64,000 nt of DNA, taken from positions 10,168,001 to 10,232,000 of the forward strand of contig OX597828.1 in assembly GCA_951406725.2 (NCBI GenBank), written 5' to 3'. Shown here piece by piece: positions 40,553-54,114 of the stretch. The number at the start of each line of letters is the position of its first letter. Position 1 is the stretch's first letter. A program made the translations under genes and the position numbers. The notes under the pieces were generated by a model. The model was not told the DNA's origin. It made no database searches and was given only the letters and a program-made list of their open reading frames with translations. Source of the stretch: Octopus vulgaris. Its lineage: Eukaryota.

Positions 40553-40656
40553 CAGGTGTGGTGGTGGTGGTGGTGACAGTGTCCGTCGTCGTCGTTGTAG
40601 TAGTACCGGGAGTGGTGGTGGTGGTGGTGGCCCCGGCGGCGGTGGTCGTCGTCATC

Positions 40657-40688
<32 letters not shown>

Positions 40689-40773
40689 ACAGTAGTAGTA
40701 GTAGTGGCAGGTGTGGTGGTCGTGGCGGCGGCGGCGGTAGTCGTCGTCGTCGTCGTTGTAGTAGTAGTAGTAG
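40500..40773. repeat. (GTA)n/(GTG)n/(GTC)n compound trinucleotide repeat
   Basis: Directly visible. Confidence 0.95.
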
Positions 40774-40849
40774 TGTATTTTAGAATTACTTTCAAAATAG
40801 ATGCTGCGTTTGCCTTGCCGAGACAATAATGTTCTCTTTTTTCATTTTG

Positions 40850-41026
40850 TATTATTTTCGAAGGGAGTAGGTCGATGACATTGACCCCAGTAATGAATTG
40901 GTACTTATTTTATCACCCCGAAAAGGATGAAAGTCAAAATTGACATTGGTGGAAGTGGAACTGAAAACGTAAAAACGGTCGAAATGACACGCAGCAGTTT
41001 GCCCTACCTACTAACAATTGTGCCAA
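40850..41026 (-). mobile_element. Old SINE family B copy
   Basis: gtcgatgacattgaccccag..tggtacttattttatcaccccgaaaaggatgaaag. Confidence 0.75.
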
Positions 41027-41029
41027 CAC

Positions 41030-41640
41030 CAGGGTCGGATTAAGACCCATCGAGACACTAAGCACTTAAAAGATTTTGGTGTCCCCATAAAAGATTATAT
41101 AATCCAAAATATAAACAATAACAAACCATAAAATCAATTTTTACTTTTCAAAATCAAATAGAAGAGTAAGAGAGAAAATAATGTTTATTTCTGCATAATT
41201 CCAGTCTATTCATATTTGAAAAGTTTCTTCCTACTTGTTTTTGAATTGCGAAGTCTTTGATCAGATCCTCAAAATTAATCTTAGGTAACACCTCAGCATC
41301 TATGCTTACTAGATGTAAAGGCATCCCGAATATTACTTTAGCAAGTTTAAAGCGATTTCTTTTATGCCGTAAACCATTTACCATTTCTGTGGAGCTCCTT
41401 CCTCTCATTGATGCCCTAAGAACGTGCTTATTTTGTTTATTAGTTACTCCAGCGCTGGTCGCACGTTGCTTTTTCTGTCTTATAATTACTATAATATTAG
41501 GAGAAATAATTCTTCTCTACAGTTACCTCAAAAATAATAGTATACATTTCTTATCGTTCTACTGTAATAGAATTATGTGCTATTAAATATCAATACTATA
41601 CAATATATTTCTAAAACGAAATACGATATTAGGGCTATAA
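41030..41640 (-). mobile_element. hAT-derived deleted element
   Basis: TIR-like cagggtcggattaagacc at 41030. Minus peptide LHLVSIDAEVLPKINFEDLIKDFAIQK resembles the hAT C-terminal dimerisation region. Right boundary uncertain. Confidence 0.6.
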
Positions 41641-41759
41641 ATAAAAGTTCTATGACTATTATATAAAGATATTTATAGTACAGATTGCACTGACAGAGTA
41701 AAATAATAGGGATTGGAATATAGGTAGAGGCCATATATCACTACCCTAATCAAAATCGA

Positions 41760-41908
41760 CCTTCCGTTTTTAAGTTGCCAGAGTGAGACACGAGTAAAAA
41801 TTCATTTCGAGCAGAGATCTTCGTCAGAAAGATAGGAAAAGGAAAAGTCCAAGGAAGGGAAGACGGATGAAAAAAATCGCCAACGGTACACACGAGGTCA
41901 CATTTTGA
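41760..41908 (-). mobile_element. Second copy of the 17270-17587 PLE pseudo-LTR, with a decayed minimal hammerhead
   Basis: aaaaaatcgccaacggtacacac is the reverse complement of about 17394-17416. Minus strand ttt-CTGACGA-agatctctgctc-GAAA at 41805-41830. Confidence 0.75.
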
Positions 41909-42307
41909 ATATATATAAATATATATATTTACACACATACATCCATACATGCATATATCGATAGATAGTGTGAGAGATAGACGCAGAAAGACAGAGAAGA
42001 AGAGGGAGAGGAAAAGTTATAAAGGAAAAAAAAAACAAATACTGTAGAACAGTGATTCTGGAGGTGACTTGGACACACCACTGATGGAGGGTGGGATAAG
42101 ATTCACAGAAACACAGATCTAAATAATAGCTATATTATCTGTAACTAAAATACATGTGATACTATTGTCATGTATTAAAGTGTGTTTATATTTTTATAAA
42201 CGCTTGTATGTTCTTAGGTACTGGTAAAGCCGTGAAACTCATTACCAAATTTCCTAATAAATAAAAGGCACACAGTAATAGTAAATATTATGAAAACTGA
42301 TCGACAA

Positions 42308-42386
<79 letters not shown>

Positions 42387-42412
42387 TTGTGTGTGTGTGA
42401 ATACGTTATTCA

Positions 42413-42462
<50 letters not shown>

Positions 42463-42621
42463 AGTGTATACTATCAACTATCATCTATCTATCTAACTCA
42501 TGTATACGTATATATATTGATAAAAACCTTAAGACAACAAAAGAAAGAAAGATACCTCGATATTATGTAAATAGAGGAATTTATCTGTAAATGTAATATG
42601 TGACAATTATTCGGTAGCAAT

Positions 42622-42744
42622 GATAAAACTCAGATTTTCGGATACCACGGTGGAAATCCACGCCGCTATCTCTTCAGTTATCCGGCCATCAGAAAAAGCA
42701 TTTTTCCGATGGCCGTATAACTGAAGAGATGGCGGCATCCGAAA
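42622..42744. mobile_element. Small fold-back element with two divergent hammerhead cores
   Basis: 36-bp arms 42662-42697 / 42701-42736 (33/36) with a 3-nt loop. CTGAAGA on plus (42721-42727) and on minus (42677-42671), each followed by gat...atcc-GAAA. Confidence 0.8.
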
Positions 42745-42756
42745 TATATATATATG

Positions 42757-42788
<32 letters not shown>

Positions 42789-42939
42789 CATATTTATGTA
42801 TATACATATATATATATATAGATATATGTCTGTGTGTGTATATGAATATATACATATATGCATATATATAGAAATATAAATATATAGGGAGAGAGGGAGA
42901 TAGAGACAGACAGATTGATAGATAGACAGACAGATAGAT

Positions 42940-43006
<67 letters not shown>

Positions 43007-43726
43007 CAGACAGATAGATAATTACTATTATATCATTTGATATAATATATCTGATTTACAAAATAGATATAACATCACAATCTACTTTATTTTCTTGCCA
43101 ATTCCATTGTTCCTGAATAACGTGATTTTTTTTTATACATCTTCAATTGTTTTTCATTGAGTGATATTGGATGTAAATAAATGAGAATCTTCATCACTGT
43201 TCTTTTTCTACGGTTTTACTATATCACTTCCCAGAATCTTTGTTTTAGTGTTGGACGTCATTGTTCCTTGGGGGTCTTTTATCAATTTTCATTTTACTAT
43301 TTTTTTTGTTATTTCATCCACTAGCTTTTTACAGGAAGTATTAATGCTTTATATAATATATTATTTCCAATTTATTTTTTTACTTATTAAAGATTCCTCA
43401 ATGTTACTTCATCTTGTTTATTTTACGGAATCACATTAGAGCATGGTTTTCTGGAAGAACGTTTTTCTCCACATGAGTAATTGTTCTATAGTAGTATTTA
43501 GAATATTCTTAAAGACAAGCAATTTGCATGGAAAGAGCTTATCGGACAGGGGAGAGAAAGAGGGAGATAGAAAGATTATGATGCAGGTATTACAACAGCC
43601 TATTCTTTTATTATTTTACATGCTTCATCCCTAAGGCTGTGACTATGCTACAGCACTTACTCTATATATGTGCAAATTTGAATCTTTTGCATCGATTCCC
43701 CCTTCTATATGCATGTGTTTATATAG

Positions 43727-43773
<47 letters not shown>

Positions 43774-43779
<6 letters not shown>

Positions 43780-44311
43780 GTCACCGGAAGTAACTTGCAC
43801 GGACACCGGAAATACATCTGCCAGCACCAGAGAAAACAAAGCAACTACCCCCAGCAACTTGCCTGATCTTTCATTGGACAAAAGCTACCTACCTGCCATT
43901 CTATTGGACACTGGCTAAACATCACTGCTGATATTTTTGTATAAACAGACGTCATAAATCACTGTAAAGGCAGTTGGCCTTTTGGCACTCGACTGATGTA
44001 AATCGTGTCCCTCTCGCCTGCCACGCTCGCCACTCATGCCGCCTCGAACTTTTGTACTGCTATTTCACGCCTGAAATAAATCGCTGTATAAACTTACACC
44101 TCTTGTCTGCTCGTCCTTTCAACTACTGCTTTCGTCTGTCCAGTTTTGCTGATTATGTCCACAGTCCTTTTTAGGGCTAATTCAAGTCTGGTCTGAATGC
44201 GATAACAGTCCTTTTTAGGACTATTCTTGGATCGGATCTAGTTGCGATAACCATCCTTTTAAGGGCTACCCTCAGATCAGACCAGAAGTAGTAGCCAAGA
44301 AACATACCCGC

Positions 44312-44315
<4 letters not shown>
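43774..44315 (+). mobile_element. Solo LTR (542 bp) inserted in (TA)n
   Basis: TGTA...TACA termini, TATA-like gtataaa at about 43939, AATAAA at about 44075, three ~44-bp internal tandem units (cagtcctttttagg..gcgataa) at 44162-44290. Confidence 0.75.
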
Positions 44316-44383
<68 letters not shown>

Positions 44384-44387
<4 letters not shown>

Positions 44388-44762
44388 GCTTTCTAATTGA
44401 TGTATCAATACCGGTAGATGACAACGTGTCTCTAAAAGAAATGGAGAAACTCTCAAAATACAAAGACCTGGAAATAGAGGTAACCAGAATGTGGAATCTA
44501 AAAGCAGAAACAATTCCTATCATAGTAGGTGCATTAGGCATGATAAAAAAATATTCAGACAAATACATAACAAAAACACCAGGACTTACAAACACATATG
44601 ACATACAGAAAATTGCACTACTAGGCACGGCACACATCCTACGCAGAACACTTTCCACACAGTAACCATCAGAGCATCACAACAAATCACAGCACATACC
44701 TAAGGCACACGGAGCTGCGCTCGGTAGTGAAGTGAAAGCACGCTATAAAAATAAAACTACTG
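44384..44762 (+). mobile_element. 5'-truncated Dong/R4-clade non-LTR retrotransposon (REL endonuclease C-terminus plus 3'UTR)
   Basis: Open frame [69 protein letters not shown] (to 44665), flanked on both sides by (TAA)n. Confidence 0.88.
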
Positions 44763-44866
44763 AATAATAATAATAATAATAATGATAATAATAACAATAG
44801 TCATAATAATAATAATAATAATAATAACAATAATAATAATAATATTAATAATAATGATAATGATAA

Positions 44867-44897
<31 letters not shown>

Positions 44898-44931
44898 AAT
44901 GATAATAATAATAATATTACTACTAATAATG

Positions 44932-45284
44932 ATAATAATTTCTTAAGCAACCAGTTGATAGATTTGGTATTAACCTTTATTGTGTACAACGGTCGTTTCG
45001 ACCTCACTTGCTACTCTCCTTTATGGATGAGACTCCGTTGAACATGTTGTGTTGCATCCATTCACAGTCCGGGTTTCATCAGGCACATCCTTGCATAAAG
45101 TTTTGTCTCGATAACGATCCTGAGTTTAGGATGTCATGCTGTTATATGCCCACCTGTTTTAGCGATGCAGCACAGTATATTAAACATAGTCTTACCCATA
45201 ACAGACAGTAGTAGGATGGGTCGAAATGACCGTTGTATAAAATGTAGATTAATACAAAATCCATCCGTTTACTTAAAAAATTAT
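44932..45284. mobile_element. ~350-bp fold-back element containing a long-stem-II hammerhead
   Basis: tacaacggtcgtttcgacc / ggtcgaaatgaccgttgta and ttgtgttgcatc / gatgcagcacag pair across a centre at about 45113. Confidence 0.8.
44983..45087 (-). ncRNA. Hammerhead ribozyme motif with ~75-nt stem II region
   Basis: Minus strand: tgtgc-CTGATGA-aaccc...aggtc-GAAAC gacc GTT-gtaca. Stem I tgtgc/gtaca (5 bp including G-U). Confidence 0.65.
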
Positions 45285-45520
45285 AATTATTATCTCAACT
45301 AACAAGGCGAAATTCCTGAAGTAGATCCAACAGAAATATATCCCAACTGCGGATGATACCAGCTCGTCCAAACTGTGTCAGTTCTCTACTCAACTTTCCA
45401 CACACTAATCGACATATGCCCATTAGTCCAAAATATCAAGTGTATATATATATATATCTTCATACAGAATGCCATTTTTTCCTCAACATTATACCGAAAC
45501 GCACGCGCATACCCACCCCC

Positions 45521-45567
<47 letters not shown>

Positions 45568-46605
45568 AATATATATACATATAGGTATGTGTGAGTGTAT
45601 AATATTAGATATACATAAATATTATACACATACAGCATGGCCACAGCTCGTGAGCTGAAACTAGATAAAATAAAAAAATAAAAAAAATACATATATTTAT
45701 ACATACATACTTGAATATATACTTATTTTTAGGCATCCTTTTGTGAGAGCGTACTCAAATGAGACAGCTAAAGATTAAAATCATCGTTTCCTGATCTTGG
45801 GTGTCCTTAAAAGTCATCAAGTGTAAACTTATAAGCATTTAAGTCCGTGAAATCCCATAAAGTGGTAATAAAAAATAAGTCAACAAGTCTCCAGTTTGTC
45901 TGAATATTGGAAGACTGTTGGGGGTGGCGGAGTAGATAATACTTGTAATGACTAATAGATCAGCTGCATACTAGCAACTATTTTTATGACATAATTCTGG
46001 TGTTTGGTGAATTCTTCACTGGCGCCATTCAGAATATAGATTTCAGAATTTAATGTTTTCGGTACTCCATCATATATATTTAAGTCTTTCTGAAAACGAA
46101 TAATTTCTTTTCTAATCAACCAATTATGTGATTTTCAAGATGGAAAATCTCTGTTTAACAACATATTTATTATAGTAGATTGTATATATTAGTATGTGTA
46201 GACAGGAAAGAAATAATATACAATCAGTGCTCTTAAAAAAAAAAAAATATATATATATATATATATCTGTTTGTATACTCCGCTGTCCGAGGCAGCAGAT
46301 TTGCAGAATCGGGAGCATGTTGGGGAAAAAGGTGTATTCCATAAACATACGCGTATTTTATACCGTTGCTTTTAAGTTTTGGTTCTTATACGGTTTGTGC
46401 CATTAAAGTTATACTTAACGAGAATGCGATATTTATGTTGAGACACTGAAGGATAACAAAACAAAAAAGTTCACGCATTAATTATACTGCATGTGTCTTC
46501 ATTTACGGTATGTTTAATTCACATCTGTTTTTAAACCTGATTCCGACTGATTTCCGAAACATAAATGGAATAAGCTTATTCTCCTAAAAAAGTAAATTTA
46601 TTAAT

Positions 46606-46806
46606 TAGGGTGTCAGCATCATGAGCGTAAGATTGTGGTTTCGATTCCTGGACCGGGCGACGCGTTGTTTTCTTCAGCAAAACACTTCTTTTCACGTTGC
46701 TCCTGTCCACTCAGCTGGCAAATATGCGTGACGCTACGATGGACTGGGGAACACATATGCCATAAAAACCGTGAGATCGGGCTCATGAGCCTGGCTAGGC
46801 TTAGAA
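46606..46806 (+). mobile_element. tRNA-derived SINE family C (5'-clipped)
   Basis: tagggtgtcagcatcatgagcgtaagattgtggtttcgattcctggaccgggcgacgcgttg, matching 55465-55718. Confidence 0.85.
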
Positions 46807-46953
46807 ATTTCAAGATTACTGGATCTTTCTGATTGCGGCTTTTTTCAGTAAATGAAGTAACATTTATACTAGAATGTCTACATCTAAATTTCTTTCCTAT
46901 CTCTCTATCGATCGAATGATCGGTCGGTCGATTTATCTATCTGTATACACACA

Positions 46954-47011
<58 letters not shown>

Positions 47012-47134
47012 CACAAATATATATATATATTTCTCGTAACTTTTCCTTCTTGTTACATATGTGCGGTTTTAGAAATAAGCGATTTTTAACTGATATTTCT
47101 AAATTTTCAGTATGTGGCTAAGCAACCTGTTGCT

Positions 47135-47183
<49 letters not shown>

Positions 47184-48243
47184 GATATATTTTACACAAT
47201 TCTACATGAATATGAGTAGAGTCAACGTAAAACACTGTAAATGCATAAGAGTTTCATTTAGTTATCTTCCGGTGTGATTACTATGAAAACTAGCAAACGA
47301 TATCGCTATATGTCATCATTGAGATATGATATATTGTCATACGACCCACAAAAATCACATTTTTTACTTAATATTATAACTTTACAAGTGATATATTACT
47401 CAAATGGTAGCAAAAAAAAAAGAGAAAAGAAAATGCCTGTGATTTGTTCAGGACCGGTGAGTATGTTAAATTAATAAGACTCTAAAAGAGAATCTGACTC
47501 TCCCCAGACACAATAAAATATTCAAGACTCATTTTACCAAAAAACCGAGGCTATAAGGTTACGGCTGGATGAAATTAGATACAAGAACGCTGCATCAGAA
47601 ATGTCTTGGGGATGCATCATAATATAAGTAGCAACGACAATCTCTGCCACCTAGTAAAATATATTTACTAAATCATTATCGTACATAAGATTTTACAACG
47701 AACATAACTTTGGGGAATTGAAAATTATATTAATTCATTCAATGGAGCATATCTGAAATAAATTGAACGTAGAAATATCTGTTACAGAAAAATATATTTA
47801 CGCATTTCGTTCGTAGATCAAGTGATGTACGTCAATTCTATTTCTCACAAAAGTAAACTGCTACAGCTGTGGAGAAATATACTTATGTAAATCACATGGG
47901 TTTCTATGTAATTATCTAAGAAGTGATGTTTTTCAAACCTAACAAGAAAAGCGATCGTTTATGAAATATTCTTTGCTGGATTGGGGCTTTGGCTATTCAG
48001 TATTCTATTGAATGTTCAATTTGAAAGGGGTCATATTTGTTGAGAATTTAGCTTTGTTTATCAGTTATGTTTTTCTCTGGAATTTATGTAACCTGTGTAG
48101 TAGATATATTCTTTACTCTTTTACTACCCTTATGTACTAAGTTAATCAACTGAAACAATTTCATACAAGGATTTATAAAACGCAGATAAAAATAGATAAG
48201 AAAAATATATCTCTCAAGTAAATATTATTTCGATATGAACATA

Positions 48244-48418
48244 GGCGTAGGAGTGGCTGCGTGGTAAGTAGCTTGCTTACGAACAACATGGTCCCGGGTT
48301 CAATCCCACTGCGTGGCACCTTCGGCAAGTGCCTTCTACTATAGCCTCGGGCCGACCAAAGCCTTGTGAGTAGATATGGTCGGCCCGTGGCTATAGAAGA
48401 AGACACTTGCCCAAGGTG
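48244..48418 (+). mobile_element. SINE family A 5' half ending in an inverted copy of its own core
   Basis: Arms 48317-48357 / 48378-48418 (37/41) with a 20-nt loop. Confidence 0.85.
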
Positions 48419-48670
48419 AATCTACCAACTCAGATTCCCGTCATTAAACTCATACTCTGCAATACGGTTCAAATAATGATAGAACCTGAGACTACGTAAT
48501 TGAAATCAGCCATGAACAAACGATCTTAGTGATCTTGTCATCTTAGTGATAGTAAATGACGCATCAAAAGCAAATGAAAAACCTGGGATATATATGTATG
48601 AATATATATGCTTATACACATAAACAAATATGAGGTGAAGTATATATATATGTGTGCGTGTATATATATA

Positions 48671-48725
<55 letters not shown>

Positions 48726-48782
48726 GTATATATAAATATACATATATACATGCATGTCTGTATATATATATATATATATATA

Positions 48783-49176
48783 TTACTCTTTTACTTGTTT
48801 CAGTCATTTGACTGCGGCCATGCTGGAGCACGGCCTTTAATCGAGCAACTCGACCCCAGGACTTATTCTTTTGTAAGCCCAGTACTTATTCCACCGGTCT
48901 CCTTTGCCGAACCGCTAAGTAACTGGGACATAAACACACCAGCATCGGTTCTCAAGCAATGTTAGGGGGACAAACACAGACATACTAAAACAAACGCATA
49001 TATATACATATATACGACGGGCTTCTTTCAGTTTCCGTCTACCAAATCCACTCACAAGGCTTTGGTCGGCCCGAGGCTATAGTAGAAGACACTTGCCCAA
49101 GGTGCCACGCAGTGGGACTGAACCCGGAACCATGTGGTTGGTAAACAAGCTACTTACCACACAGCCACTTCTGCGC
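48783..49176 (-). mobile_element. SINE family A, full length
   Basis: Near-identical to 6268-6660. Confidence 0.92.
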
Positions 49177-51233
49177 TTATATTATCTATCTATATATGTA
49201 TCACACACAAGCTCACACGCATACACGCCCACATTTATATTGCGAGAGAAGGGGGGAGAGTGAAAGGGAGGAAGAAGTGTGGAGATTATTTTAGTGCGCA
49301 TCATCCTTTCCAGAAAGTTTATAAAATCGATAAAGATCCATACTAATAATTTTTCGCATTATCTAAATGAATGATGTTAACTAATTTTCAATAACACTAA
49401 TTAAATATAAAGTCTTAATTTCCTCAGCATTCTCATTTCATATAAGATTAACTCATGTCGTAGAATATGATATTAATATAGTTTCAGCTTGTAATTGTTT
49501 TCAAATGGTTAGTGTATAAATTTAGATTATAAATGAGAGTAGCCGTAGATACAAAAAAAAAAAAAGAATGATGTTCCATATTATCTCATGGTAACTCAAG
49601 AAATAATACCTCACTACATGTTTAATAGCCGAATTTCTCTAGGAATGTATTTATGAATACAAATTATAATGTATAATTCAAAATACAAATGGAATCTTTA
49701 GGGCGTTGTTGATTCTTTCTGAAAAATGTCCACAGAAAATCGTGACTCTGCCTCAAGTATCATTAACGGTGGGAAAGGAATTCTTTAGTATTTGAAATAT
49801 GAACACTACCAATTTTGTTATTATCATTTTTTTTCTTTGATAAATTCTTTTAATTCATTTCATTTAATTCAGTGACTAGACATGATTTTTATTATATTTT
49901 ATATTTTAATAACACCAACCCTAATCGAACACCGGTTAAAAATAAATTAATTATAGGATTGTGTTTTCTGGAGTTAATTAGTTCAGCCAATAATAAAATG
50001 TAATTAAAATAACGAAGGTTGAATTATATTAATTATTGTTTGAAAGGAAATTCGATAAAAAAAACTGAATGGTTGTGCAATTTTATTGCTAAATATCATT
50101 TGATATTTGATTTATTACAAGAAATATAATTTTTTTTTTACATTGAAGCTGTCTGTTTATATTGAGCACTGTATAATTTTATAATTTCGCCTGTGTTTTT
50201 CTTCCCTTTTTTCAAACTCAATTACAAAATAAATATATTTTTCATCTGACAACCATCATCTCAATTATCTGTCTTTAGACGTTTACAGACTTATCTTTAG
50301 AGCACTGTAAAAAAAAAAGCTCTTTTCTTTCCGTTATTTTTTTATTTGCTTTCATTTTGATTTTTTTCTTACATTTTCTGGAAGCTGTATAGGGATAGTT
50401 AATTCCGGTTGGTTGATTTTAACGGAAGAAAACAACACTTAACTCAATGGAAACCCTTATGTCCTGTCAAGCAAAACTTCCATAATAATATAGATGTTCA
50501 GATATTTGTGATTAACTAAAAACAAAATATTTTGTTTATCTCAGTATCCATTGTTTTGTGAAAACTCATTAATCGATAAAGCTATGCAAGGTTTCATAAT
50601 TTGAAATTGCTAACAATTCTTTCTGATAACTACGCATTTCACATCTATATAGTTTTTAATAAATTTAATAAACTAAAAATTAAACTGTATCAATTTTTGT
50701 TATGAGTTTTTTTTTTACCTCCAAAAGTACATACATAAATACTATAACACTTCAAACGATTCAATCCAGAATCTAACTATATATACATATATCCATCCAG
50801 TCATCAATCAATCCTTATATCAGTCCATCCTTACATACATACATACATACATACATACATGTATACATACATACATACATACATACGTGCGTTCATAATC
50901 GCTCACAAATGCGCACACGTTTAAATGTGCAATATATATACAAAGCTACACTTAATTTAGAATATTTCTTTATCAGCCATTGTTCTTACAAGTAATCTAT
51001 GTATTATGTCTGCTATTGCGCACTATAAAGGCAATCAAGAATAATTTCAAATTCATGCATAAGGCCAGCCATTTAGATGTGCGGTGCTTAGTTGTTACCA
51101 CCAGACCCAGAACTTGACTGGCTATAAACGAATATGTATTTCTCGTTTTAGCAAACGATAACTAAATGCACAAAACGTGTCCATCAAGTGACTAACAATT
51201 TAAAACAAAATTGATTGAATAGTTGAATATATA

Positions 51234-51645
51234 TGCGCAGGGGTGGCTGTGTGTCAAGTACCTTGCTTCCCTACCACATGTCACTGAGAGGCACTTTGCG
51301 CAAGTGAGTTCTGCTATTGCCACGGAGCGATCAAAATCTTGTGAGTGGACTTCGTAGAGGGAAACTGAAAGAAGCCCATCGAATATGTATATATCTTTAT
51401 CTGTGTGTGTGTGCCTGTGTCTGTCTGTGGTTGTCTTTATTTCTGTGTTTATCACCCACCACCCCTTGACATCCGGTGTTGGTGGACTTACACATTTATA
51501 AATTAGCGGTTCAGCTAAACAGTCTGATACAATAAATACTAGTATTAAAAAGAAAAACTAAGTAGTAAGGTCGATTCATTCGACTAAAAATTCCTGGAGG
51601 CGTTGCCACAGAGGCGTTATTGTCTAATGTCTGAAACAAGTAAAA
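51234..51645 (+). mobile_element. Old SINE family A copy
   Basis: gcgcaggggtggctgtgtgtcaagta..ggaaactgaaagaagccc..ttagcggttcagc..tctgaaacaagtaaaa. Confidence 0.75.
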
Positions 51646-52184
51646 CCAAAATTAAAAATTAAAACATACACCATTGCCCATGCCTCTCTCTATTAACCAG
51701 TGACATTCCCTCTGAAGCTACTACCAGCACCATCCTTTTAACAGTTTCAATATTTCTCTGTGTGTATGCATGAGTGTGTGTATGTCCGCGACCGAATACG
51801 TAGACGCAGAGTTTCATTCATTTTACTCTCATTATTACTATAAGTTGCCACTTCTTTCAATTAAACGTTTAACCCAATAGTATAACAGCAATTACATTTT
51901 CACTCCATCCGTACAGCTAAACCCATATGTGTATATATTTATCTAACTATCTTTCGCTCGATCGATCTATCTGTCTGTCTATATCTTTGTCTCTTTCTCT
52001 ATATATATATATATTTATACACACACACACACACACACACATACACACACACACAGACACACACATATATATATATATATAATATATATATATATATGTA
52101 TATTTTATATATATATTTGTATATGCTTATATATATATAAACATATAAATATATATATATATAATATATATATAAAATATATGC

Positions 52185-52223
<39 letters not shown>

Positions 52224-52283
52224 CACACACGCACACACACATATATATATATGTGTATATGTTTATATATATAATATATATGC

Positions 52284-52387
<104 letters not shown>

Positions 52388-52599
52388 TGTTGTTTGGAAC
52401 AAAGTAATCGTTCCCTCCCAGGAAGTAGCTTGCTAGAGGAAGCAGGGGACTCCATCTATCGTTTCCAGGTATTGAACACTGTTTTACATCACACATTCAA
52501 CTCTTCTGTTATGTCCTTGTTACTCTATCCAGCTGTTTTCAAAGCAATACTCTGATCAGTTTTTACTTTCGACACTATGTTTGTTTACAAACCTTTTAT

Positions 52600-53108
52600 A
52601 GACGAACGAAACAATAGGCACATGAACAAAGGATAATTGCAAATCTGTATGTGAAATGTAGATAACATTACATGAACCTGCAAGGCAAATTAGATAAAAC
52701 TTGGGATTTTTTGCGGAGGGTGGAAGTGGTAACCAAAACAGGACATTGAAAACAAAGCAGTAAAAACGAACGGTGAGGGTTGTTAAGCCAAGGCGATGTG
52801 AAGTGGTGAACGCTGGAAAAACAAGCATTGAGAAGAGACAGATAAAAGCACGTCTCGTCTTCAGGAAGGAAGTGGAAGAAAGAAAGATGGATGACCGTTG
52901 GTCACCTGTGAGCAACGAGAAAGTCAAGGAAGAAGAGTGAGAGAGAAAGAGGGAACGGTCAAGGAGAGAGAAGAATGGGGAAAGGGTGAGAGAGAAAAAC
53001 AGAAAGGAAGAAGAACAAGAGAGGGAGATAGATAGACAGAAAAGAAATAGAATAAGAGTGCGCATCGTAATTATTAATATAAAACTTACTTGGAAATGTG
53101 GCATGTAC
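52600..53108 (-). mobile_element. Second copy of the 30081-30607 repeat family
   Basis: ttgggattttttgcggagggt and agagtgcg(c/t)atc..aattattaatataaaact(t/c)acttggaa are shared. Confidence 0.7.
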
Positions 53109-53759
53109 ATCTAGTCAAATAGGCTTCGGTGACATTATTGAAGGAAATGTTAGACAATGTACGTGATCATACATCATGCAGACCTACGGATAATAACAGT
53201 GCATTGTTTTTATCTTGTGCTTCGGTGTCCTTCCTCTTCGTGAAATGCGTACACCGAATCCGACCTCCGAAAATATTATATATGAATGTACACACATTCA
53301 TTTCCAAAACGCTTTTTACTGACCTTCAAATAAATGATTAATTGAATGAATAGTACACATATATTGGTGTGTGTATTTGTGTGAGTGTGCATGCATTTAT
53401 GTATGCAGTTATTGTTTCATATATATATGCGCTTTTGTCTTGCATGTTTAAGCATATATTCAATAGTCAGAAGAATTAAGTGGTGTTGCCTATCGGAACA
53501 TTATTTTAGCGAAAATAGAATAAGATATTAGTTTTTTCTTTCGTATAATTGAGTGAGTGCTATAGTTCGAGTCTCGTTTTGCATCGTAAATTCTTAAGCA
53601 AGATTCATTTGCATTTTTACCCCGTTCTCCTAATGAAATATCATTGCATCATTTAATTTTTGCCCAATAAAAGAAATTGTGTAAGTATTCTGTATGTATG
53701 TGTGCTTGCTCGCGTGTGTGTATTTGAGTATCTCATATTCATTTTCATATTATTTGGTC

Positions 53760-54114
53760 CAGTCATTTGACTGCGGCCATGCTGGAGCACCGCTTTTAGT
53801 CGAGCAAATCGACCCCAGGATTTATTCTTTATAAGCCTGGTACTTATTATCTCTGTATCTCTTGCCGAACCGGTAAGTTACTGGGACGTAAACACACCAG
53901 CATCGGTTGTCAGGTGATGTTGGGGGGACAGACACAGACACACAAACATATATATATATATACGACGGGCTTCTTTCTGTTTCCGTCTACCAAATCCACT
54001 CACAAAGTTTTGGACGGCCCGAGACTATAGTAGAATAATTTGCCCAAGTTGTCAAGCAGTGGAACTGAACCTGAAACCATGTGGTTTGTAAGCAACCTAC
54101 TTACCACACAGCCA
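53760..54114 (-). mobile_element. SINE family A
   Basis: cagtcatttgactgcggccatgctggagcacc..ccgtctaccaaatccactcacaa..cttaccacacagcca. Confidence 0.9.
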
